A stretch of 64,000 nucleotides of DNA. Origin: the human T2T-CHM13v2.0 reference genome, Homo sapiens. Every line of letters starts with the position of its first letter. Position 1 is the first letter of the stretch. This document shows, one piece after another, positions 53,689 to 64,000 of the stretch. Below the pieces are notes generated by a model that did not search any database, had not been told where the DNA came from, and worked only from the letters and a program-made list of their open reading frames with translations. Location: NCBI RefSeq assembly GCF_009914755.1, contig NC_060930.1; one strand, 5' to 3'. The position numbers and the translations under genes are program-made.

Positions 53689-56600
53689 CCACCACATTTT
53701 TAAAGTTGACACATAATGGCACAGTTCTCATTTTACACCAGGCAATCAATGGTTAAGTCGACAGGTCTCTGAGATCACTAAGTGACCCATCTTGTTATCA
53801 AGATGAAACAGGAATAATAATGATAATTGTGTAACCAAGATCTTGATTATGATACTAATCAAAACATTTGCCATAACAATGTCAATTATCATTAAATAGC
53901 ATTTCCTTACTTATAATGTGGGAACCAAGCCAACAATATAATAAACCACCCACGATGGAGTGAGGAGATGTTGTCTTTGTTCTGGAAAAGGACCACATAA
54001 AACAAACTCTAGAAAATTATTTATAAACTGATGTGATAATTTGTGTGTGTTTTTTAAAATTGTTAGGTCCTTTAAGTGCACTTTTTTAAATTCCAAAACA
54101 GAAAATGTCACTCACCCAGAACAGAAATTGACTTTAAAATGTAGCCATTTGAAGACACGGTACTCTCTCCTGTCATAAATAGAAAACAACTTCCTAGAGT
54201 TTTTATTTCTGTTACTTCTTTTGTGACACTTTATATAGTTATCAAATGCTTTGAAACTACCCTCAGACTATAGATGTATTTTGCTTTTGTAGTCTCTCAA
54301 TTCTAATATCATTGATGAGTTTATTATAGTACTGAGCTCTTTTTAATCCCTGTCAACTTAGATTAAGTCAAATTAGTTCTCATTTCAATATTGACAAAGA
54401 TCTTGTTTGACAGCAAGAGTGACCTCTGGTTTCCTCCCAGGGACATCTTATCTACAGAATAAATCGTCAACTTTTTCTTAGAGGATGGCTTAGACATCTT
54501 AGGTGTTTCTCCTTAAAGAGAGTCAGAGAACACGAGGGAAAGGGCTGAAAATCATGGCTCAGGACGTCTAAGTTAGACACAAGGAGGGACTACCTGGTTT
54601 AATGTTTGGGAAATCCTGGGATTTATTCCTAACTTATGCCAAAGAGTTTCCTTACATGGAAATACTGAGTGAAATGTATTTAAAAAAAACAGGTAGATTT
54701 GAGAATAGTTCTGACCAAAGTTGTAGTGAATCATAAAAGTTTGATTGGAAGGCAAGCAGTGAAGTGTGGGATAAGAGATTCATGGGAAGAAGGGAGCGGT
54801 CACATTTGAAAAGGTTATGCTGTCATGCATCTCTAGATTTGAATGTGTTTGAATCTACATTCAAAGCTGAGTAGCATCTCAAACCAGCTTCTTTCAGTCA
54901 GGCTGCTGAATTTCTAAACTTTTAAATTGTTTATATGAGAGTTTTTTTTCTGTTTTCTTAATAAAATATGGGAGTGAAAAGAATGATGGACATTATTAAT
55001 AACTAGTTGCATGCCCTCATTTTTTTAGACAAGGATACTTAGGCTCAAAGCTGTCAAATGATTGACTCTACTGGGGATTTGCAGAGGAGTTCTGAATCCA
55101 GGCTCCTTGTCTCCTTTTACCATGCCTTTACATTGATCATCTCTTCTGATCCCATTTATTACATCTAAGAGGTGTTTTCCCCTCACTGTGTGGCAGTCTT
55201 ACTAACTATACAAATAATCACAGCAGGTTGGTGGACTAAAACAAGTTACATCATCTGTCCCATAGAGTTTGTATTCTAGGTTGGAGGCCCTGGTAGTGCT
55301 CTGAGTCTCTAGTCTACCAAGTTTTTGATGTTCTTGATGCTGATATCTCCTCATTTCACTTGTGCTCAGAGTGAGGGGACCACTTCGTTCTGCAGAGTTA
55401 TTAGGAAATAAAATGTGTATCCCCAAATAGGAAGCACACAAAGGCTATGAAGCAAACTGTGTGAATAGACACAAAGTGTGCTACAACATAATAAAATTGA
55501 TTTTGAAAAGAGATATAACAGAAGGTAGATGTTCAAATGAATATTATTCTGTGTATCCAGTCAAATGTTGTTTGCATAGTGTTGGGGTCCCACTTTAAAA
55601 GGCACCATCAGTTTCAGTTTCTTGAGGCATAAGGGCTATCAGTTTGAGAATTATAATCACATCTAAATTTAAACAAAAGAAAATTGCTACCAAGAAGGAT
55701 CATCCATCTTTCTGCAGATTTCTGCCCTGCTCATTTCTATCCTGTTACATGCTGTGAGCAAAATATTTTTGCTTAATTCAATCAAATTGAATGTAATAGA
55801 TGAAGAGTTGATGCCAGACAACTCTTCACTATTACTCAAAGTTAAATGTTTTCACGGAGAGTACATGTGAACTACTGAAAAGAATGCATGGTCTAAAAAC
55901 ATTCACAGAGAGGAATGACAAATGCATTTGCAATAATTGGGAAGCATTTTTTGAATGTTTGCATCACTTCAGAGTGACAGATTTGAAAGGTAACATTTTT
56001 TGGTTCTGGTGTATTTGTTGAAACCTCAAATTGTATTTGCATGATAATTTTCAAATTGTTTATGTTGAAATATGACAGGTTTGTCAAGAGAGTTAGAAAA
56101 TATGTTAACATTTCAATCTTACCAGGCTCTGACAATTATAGCAGTGACTTTAAATTAAAGGTTTGATTACATAATCTTGTTTTTACTTGTTTAAAAAATA
56201 TACAATAAAATTGGTCTTTGATCTGAGATCAGGAATTATAGACTCTAGTTGGTCGAATATCCACATTTTGGAATGTAATTATATTCAATCATCCTGTCTA
56301 GATTCAGATATTTTTAATGGCTGGGATGGATGTATTTGATTAAAATAACACTCAGATAAATTAACTACTTCTTAATTTGTAGTTTGTTAGACAGAAATCA
56401 CTCAGCCTCCAGAGTTTATTCAAGTGTTTCTCAAAAGGCGTGTGTAGGCACTAGAGAAAGATACATTTTGTGTGTGTGCAGAGTTGCAGTGAGCCCTGGC
56501 CACACACTAAAAACCAGAAGGACTCAGGCAAAAGTGTGATAAACGAAAATGCTCCACACATTTCCAAACATTTATTGGTGGCAGGAGAGGAGGTACTGAC

Positions 56601-57769
56601 TGTTGTTGAAAACTTCTGATCAGATAAAAATAATATAAATTGTGAAAAGATAAAGTAGAGATTATTAGTAGTTGTGGGGCCTGGAGCAAATTATTTATCC
56701 CTGGACCTCAGTTTCTTCATTTGTGTAAAAAGGTTAAAAATAAGGAACCTCATAACATTATTATTAATGTGATGATAACTAATGTGATAATGCATATAAA
56801 ATTCCTGGTGAATCTTCTCATAAATAATAGGCAAAGAGTATATAATTAATTAATTGCTATTGCTTCTTTCTTTTCCTAATTTTAAATTTTCTTTTCAAAG
56901 AAAAGACTAGACTTTATTGCTGGGCAAGCAGGGCTGTTGTGGCAGATGCATCTGGACATGAAACAAAGGGCCTCAGAAAGTGGGATTGGGGATGTAGCTG
57001 TTCTAGAAATGGAATATCCTCCTAAAGCAGATTTGAGAATTTCACTTGGTTGCAACTTACATGCATAGTTCACTTACTGAACATTTAATTCTCACTTGAA
57101 AAGTAAGTTTTTCATGATGTCCAGCAAAAAGTTTCCTATGAAGAGGTTTTATCTGTTGCAGACTGGTTGTGACCAGCAGTAACCTCTGAGGAGCTGATAT
57201 GACCCTCAGATTTAGATATTTCAAACAGCTCTTCCTGATAGAAAGAAAAAATTAGACTGAGTAGTTACTGGTCATTTTTCTGAAAATTTGGCTTCTAGAG
57301 AAGCAGCAACCTTAGGTAGGTGTCTTTGCAAACTCTCATGCATGTTAGTTATTTGTCAGTTTTAAGTGTTATAAATGCTAGATTATCTTATCTAATTCTT
57401 CAATTCTGTGTGTTTTTCTAAAACACAATATCATGTACTAGAGATATTGGAAGCATTTTTTCCCCAATAGTGTTTAGCTTGTTTTAACTTCTTAAACCTG
57501 AAACAGTTTCCCAGAGATTCCAAAGTGCATCAAATACCAGTGTCTGGTTCTTCATTGCCTCTTCGAATATACCTACATAAAAAGGTCAAAATGTTCTCAG
57601 CTGTCAGTGTCTCCTTCAAAATGGAAGCAGCCCAGAGAAGAAACTGTTCGCTACAGGATTCATTGTTTCCAAGATTCAATAAACACTTATTGAAAATCCA
57701 CTTGTGCTAGGGCAAGGTCAGGAAAACCAGGACCAGTCACATGGACAAGCTAGTGAAATAGATTAAGAG

Positions 57770-58030
57770 TAATAGTAGTAAAAATGACTCTAGTAATAAT
57801 GTTTATTGACTCAAATGTTCTAGGCAGTTTTTCTGAGCACATGAAAGTATTAACCAATTTAGCTCTCCCATTAATTCTATGAGGGGGTTATCATTATTGT
57901 TTCTGCTTTACAGATAAGGGATTGAGCCTCATGGAATTATATTAATAACTTATTTTGTGTCAGGCCAAACAATCATTTAATGATGGAGACAGGATTTGAA
58001 ACCAGGCAACTTGGTTCAAGACTTTAGCCC
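57770..58030 (-). mobile_element. MIR
   Basis: 'tttattgactc...ttacagataaggga...caggatttgaaaccaggca'. Confidence 0.8.
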
Positions 58031-58194
58031 ACAGAAGGGCATGATTTGCTGTCTAGAGAACCAGAGAGGGAGGTTCCACAGAAGAGATACCAAAAGATAA
58101 ATGGGTGTCCTCCGGGCAGGTAAGAAAGAAAATGGTATTCTAGGCAGAGGGAACAGAATTTAAACAGGCTTACAAAACACAACACGAAGTATAC

Positions 58195-58610
58195 TGTGGC
58201 ACTCAGTGCCAACTCAGAAGGATAATTTGAGAAAGTTTAATACAGGAACTGGTTTAATAGAATGGGTGAAATTTCAGGAAACCAACAATGGGTGATACAA
58301 TGCCCCTAGGGGCTAGTAATAGCAGGGAGTTATTATCACCTCAAGGCCTAAAAGGAGCCTTTAGTAGAGGAATGTAGCTGACACACAGCAACCTAGCATG
58401 GGGGGAGCAGGGAATACATCCCCAGATTCACTGCCCACTCCCCAACTCTAAGCTTCTACCTGTGCTGTCCACTGGCTGAAACCAGCTGGAAACCTGAAGG
58501 CCAATGAATCCCTGAATGCTGTCCATAAGGGTCAGCCTCCCTGGGTGAAGAGCCGGGTAAGTATTGTGCACAGTGGATCTGGACAGGCAAATGGACAACC
58601 TCCGGAATAC
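58195..58610 (-). mobile_element. ERVL solo LTR (LTR41-like)
   Basis: 'ggggctagtaatagcagggag', 'gggtcagcctccctggg', 'agtggatctggacaggcaaatgga'. Confidence 0.6.
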
Positions 58611-60429
58611 AAAACCAATAAGTTATGAAAAAGTTTTGGCAAATTTTTGAATTGTTTTGGACAACTTAACTTTTGAGTAATTTCCAAAGGCCAAGTGCAT
58701 TGACTGACAGTAGAAAACCTATGTCTTTCCCTGGAGAAAGATCATAAAACCATAGTTAGTTATGTTTGATGGAAATCTGTTCCCAGATGTTTCTGAAATA
58801 TGATCCCATACAAATACAGTAGTAACTTAATACTAGCTCACACTGAGGAGGTTCGAAAGCAAACTTTTCTCAATTGCCCTTAACTTAATTAATATTTTCA
58901 TAATTAGCCAGGAGACTTCCTGAGTGAAGATGAGATAGATGAATACTTTCAGCTATTAGTGAATTATCTGGGCACAGAAACAGCCCTGTGTTTCTTTCAG
59001 GCAGAAAAATAAAATAATTTACTTTCATCTGCTTCTAATTCAAAAGTAGACAGAGTGAATTTGATTCAATATCATAAAAAAATCACCTTTGGCTGAGATC
59101 ATGCATGGAAAAATTCAACCCCAAAGGACAGAATGTTGGAACAAAATATGCAAGCAAAAAAGTGGGCTGAATAAAAAGGAAGAAAGAATATTCCAGTTGA
59201 AATCTACAAATAATATGAGCTTACCTATTAATGTTCACTTCTGCAAATAATCTAAGAAGATGATTACAGTGCTACCACCAAGGAAGATGGAAGACCTACC
59301 CCTATGGACAAGCTGTTCAGAGCTTGGGTAATTGAACTACTGAATAATAAATATAATAGCTAACATTTGTATTTGTCCAGACAATGTAAAAAGCACACTC
59401 TCTCTAAAAGGTAAGTTATTATTAGCTTCAATTTATGTATAAGGAAATTGAGGTTTATAGAGATTAAATGAGTTTTTCAGGATTCCATATCCAATAAGTG
59501 ATATTGTTGAACCATGGACTCAGGTCTTTTTGACTCTACAGGCGAGCACATTTATTTAAGAAAGGGAGAATAAATGTCAGGGTAACACTACAATAGGCAT
59601 ACTGATCTTCAGTGATGTAAATTAATTGATTCAGATATCCAGTAAACTTGAAAAGACAGCTGATGACTTACCACTTCTGTGGTGGATATACAGTGTCTTT
59701 CTTCATTTTGTTTCTAAGCTTTATGCATTTCCTGAGTAGAAATCAGAACCACTGGTAGACTGTAAAACTGCTAAGATAACCAAAGCTAGGCCAAAAGCAC
59801 AGCATTTTTTTAATGTGGGATATATGAGCAACCGTGATTAGCCCAAGGCTGACCTTGACTTCAGTAGTGATTCACAGAGAAAGTTTCTTAGAGAAAGGTG
59901 CCTCAGGAACTTTGTGCAGTGAGACCTACGCTTGTCTTGTAAGCTAACAAGGTTCGTAGTATTCCCTGGTATGCCTATTTCTCATAAAATGGTGATCAAT
60001 CAACAACTAGAGGTGAAAATATGTACTAAGCCTAGTAGACTTGGGGTCAATCAATTAATACGGTTAAAAATATGTATTAAATCAATTAAAATCTCAGACT
60101 AAACCATCTCTTGAGGTTAAGGTATTTTCATTTATTCCTCTTGTCTAAAACTAGGAATCCCATATATCTTCTATTCTGGGATTAGGTAAATCTGTCTTGA
60201 GCTTATAAAAAGCCCTCACAACATAATAGTTATTGAGTTATTGACTACATGTGGTAAATGTTTCCATGTTCACCCAATCCATATTTTTATGGCTAATTGA
60301 CCCTAATCAGTTCCCCATTCAGATTTTATATTTATATACAGTATTAAAGAACACTTATTAATATATGAAGTATTCTTGTGTCAGGAAAGTAGTGTATTAA
60401 GTCCATCCTTCTTTTCTTCTTCTTTGCTC

Positions 60430-60602
60430 TGATATATTATATATATATATACATATATCTGATATGTATATACAAATATATATATATTAGAATAGAAAAT
60501 GTCTAATTCTTTGGGACATAAATGTATATATACACACATACGTGTGTGAGTGTGTATGAATGTGTGTGTAGGAGAATGTGTGTGTGTATGTGAGTTTGTG
60601 TG
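60430..60602. repeat. TA/TG low-complexity tract containing a 37-bp non-microsatellite insert
   Basis: 60486-60522 matches 63049-63085 at 36/37 positions. Confidence 0.9.
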
Positions 60603-63600
60603 ATTCCTATTGGTCATGGCATGCAGAGATAAAAGGCTAGGCAGCACTCTGAGGCAGTGGGGCTGCAGTATATAATTATGTACCCCACTCATGACAAAAT
60701 AACCTAGAGGGGCAAAGGGATGGTCTACAAAAGAACCACCCTCACCAGGAATGCTGGCAGGAGAGGCAGGGAGTGTCTTCTCTTTGCTTTTTATAGCAGG
60801 TTATACTCCTAGTATCTTGCAGGTACATGCATTGAGGCAAATCCCTCAGGCCTGTCTGGGGAGTGTGAGGCAATCTAGAATTCGAGGGGACCATTTGGCC
60901 CTGACATCAGGCCTCCTGGTCTGCTTTGGTGTTGCCTCGTTATTCTACTGAATCCTTCAAGAATTTGTAAAAACAGAAGCATTGTCTCCAAAGGAACACA
61001 CACTAAAGTGTACATTATGCTACCTATGAGGGAAAGATGAATCCATTGTTTGTATATAAACGTGAGCTGATTTTCAGGATGATCCATGGTGTCTCATGCG
61101 TGGGAGCTTGGGAGTTGGGTAGAATCCTTGTCTGAGGGTTGGAGGCTCTCTTGAAGGAGGCACACAGAGACTACTGAGGGAGCTAAGCCTGGAATTGTGC
61201 AAGCCTTCATATGAAGGAAAAAGGAGAGTATTCCTTGTCTATTCTTGTAGACAAGGAATGGGGAGTCAGGGTTTGCCATTGTATGTTTAGAAAATAGAAA
61301 GAGGATGAATTAATAAAAGAGTCAGGGATGAGACCAGGCAAAAAGGAGCTTCCCAAAGAACTACTGAACCTCTTTTTCTATTTCCCAGTTTTACTTTTGT
61401 TCAGTCCTGTCTGTAAGGGCAGTATGGCCTCTTTGGTAATTTATGACTACAAGTGTGTTTCTTTATTTAATGTTTTTTAGTAAAAGGAGGTTGAGCGTTA
61501 AGAGATATGAACTCAAATACTATTTCTCTCTAACTTTGGGACTTTCCATTTGATCACTCCCTCAGCTTGCACCTTTTAAAATTATGATTAACATCTGCCC
61601 TATCTCAGTATTGAAAGGCAAAAAAATGTGAAGTGACTTTGAAAAGTATAAAGCGTTATATGGGTGTAAGAGTAAGTATGATTTCAAAATTTTCCTTCAA
61701 ATTCTCTTAAGATTTTTGTAAGACTAGTTGATCACTATACACATATTCTATTTGTACAAAATTTGCTGTGTTGACTGCATATATGTGTACGTATGAACAC
61801 AAACAAACATATGCACTTAGTTTCCTCTTTCTCCTTATTTTAAAAATCATTATTATCGTTTGATAGGAAAAAGACAGAAAAACATTTTATAAGAGTTTAA
61901 GCAACAGAAATATAGGAAAAGATAATATATGAAAATAAACTAGACAACGAACATTTTTATAAGTAACTTTAAAATCTAAAGCACTTATAAGTTATTTGCT
62001 TTTGAGGTTTTTTAAACGAACCATCTAAGAAAGTTAACTTTTTTCACTTAATTTCCTACAGTGGGTCTCCATAGGAAATAATTGGAACAATCTATGGAAC
62101 ACTTTTTTTCTGTAGCTTCTAAGCTCTTTTGTAAAGTCAGTAGCAAAACTGCCTCACCAACAAAATATGAATAACCATTTCCGTTTCACTCCTATAATCT
62201 GTTATTTACTCCAGAGTCAATGTATTATCAAATGTGGAATCAGCAGTTCTCTTATATGTAATTATAATGGCAATGATTTAACCCAGCTCATCTTATTTTC
62301 AAGCTGTCGACTCTCAGGGATATGGTACCGGTGTATGATGAGCATTTTAGAGTAGTTCCCTCAGAAATGAGAGACTCATGCAAAATATAATCGATGCAAG
62401 GAATTTTTCTTTTAAAAAGTTAAGACAAATAAAAACATGAACATGAACTTTAAAAAAGAATTTACTTAAAATATATAATCTAGTATAAATTTAATGTATG
62501 GGGTTGTGAAAATAATAATACACTTTTAGAGATGAAGTATTCAAACAAGAAAGCAAGGATGTAAAGAATGATAGGACAGATGGAGTAAGGAAAGTAGGCA
62601 TTACAGAAATGTAGAAACTAGGCAAAGGCTGAGATACTCCTGTAGTGTAGAATGTAAGGCTAAGTGTGTATTTATGTATACTTGTATTGTATTGCATAAT
62701 TAGGAGCTGGGACTCTCAATTAAATAGCACTGTGACCTGAGTAATAAGAGTGTTTATTTAACTGGTTAAGTTTATTGGATTTAAATATTCATGAACTGAC
62801 ACAACTTGATTATGACACCTTCTTTACAATTGTGATACAGAGTTATCTACACATACTTAAAGGATGGATGAATTATTCATGTCTGGGCAGCCCCACTGTT
62901 GAGTGTCTGGCTGCTTGATAGATATGAGTACTCCAGCCAGTTGGCCCAATACATAAACAGCATTTAAAGTCAACAGGACCCTTACCTGGTCCATGTGCTA
63001 ATATTGCATGGCAGATACCTGCTGATGCAGCATTATTCTCCCTCATCAATTAGAATAGAAAACGTCTAATTCTTTGGGACATAAAAGATGCCCAAAAGAA
63101 ACTTGGCATCCTTCTCTGCTATCCACAGGTACAATTTCCTGTTCAGAAAGGCAAGTGTTGGTAATTCATAATTCCTCTTCATGGTACTGATATTTTCCCA
63201 TTCTCCCCTACTGGATCTTGGGGGTTAGAAGGTGACATTAAAACTTGTGTGTATCCTATACTTACCTTGCCTAACTGTGTACAGTCTTAGTTATTCAGAG
63301 GAAAGATAATCTGTTTCTAAATCCATCTCTGGACTAGAAAGTTAATGCATACTCTGCTAAAGCATATTTGTCAATTTATTACACTGTGGAAATTCAACCA
63401 CTGCTTTAGGATATTAAAGGTAACACTATGCTCTGCTATCACTATTCAATATTGGGGATACTATGGTAAGAAGTTGGATGGTGTATTGCAGCTGGCCTTT
63501 AACATAAGATTTAGGTTCTGCTATTTAGTGTTTATTTATTTGGCAATTCACTTAATCTATCCAGGATTGTGGACTCAATAATATTCTCATTTCAAGGATA

Positions 63601-64000
63601 TGGGAATTATAATAATACCTATATAATGAGTTCTCTTGGAAATGTATGAAGCATTAACAAATCTGCTTTATTAGCTCTGAAGCCTCACAAGGCAACAGAA
63701 ATCATTCTAAAATGTCCCCAGATGGTCATGTTGCATCCTTTAGTGTGGAATATGTTAGTCAAGTTTTGCACATTACAGAAGTTTTCATGCATCACAAAAT
63801 CAAAATGTTTATAGCTTCACTCCTCTTGTGTTATTTATTTTCAGAGGTTTCTTAGATCCATTCAGTTTTTTAACCATAATTTTAACAGCCTTCAAAAAAC
63901 AAACATTAAAATATCATGTTCCATGATCAAGCTATGAATGTCTCTGGTGCTTACATATCAAGATGTCCCAGCAGCAGCACATAATAGGTGCTCAGTAAAT

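Overview
Primate (human or great ape) non-coding DNA that is AT-rich, CpG-depleted and dense in repeats. I found no host protein-coding exon, RNA gene or CpG island that I can support. The window is dominated by a degenerate full-length L1PA7-like LINE-1 (minus strand, ~36.6-43.1 kb) and a younger 5'-truncated L1PA3-like copy whose ORF2 remnant is still open (26.1-27.8 kb). It also holds four AluS elements, MaLR/ERV solo LTRs (THE1, MST, MLT1, MLT2, MER57-like, ERVL), DNA-transposon relics (MER30 x2, MER63, MER94, MER5, MARNA, a Tigger with a nested MADE1 half), many MIR/L2 fragments and microsatellites. Subfamily names come from recalled consensus sequences and need RepeatMasker/Dfam confirmation. 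I see no evidence of a new gene system. The most interesting signals are repair or replication scars at TA/TG microsatellites: a 37-bp copy of a site 2.56 kb away inside a (TA) tract, and a 142-bp hairpin with perfect 27-bp arms. There is also an inverted (twin-primed-like) L1PB insertion and a candidate CRE-centred enhancer.
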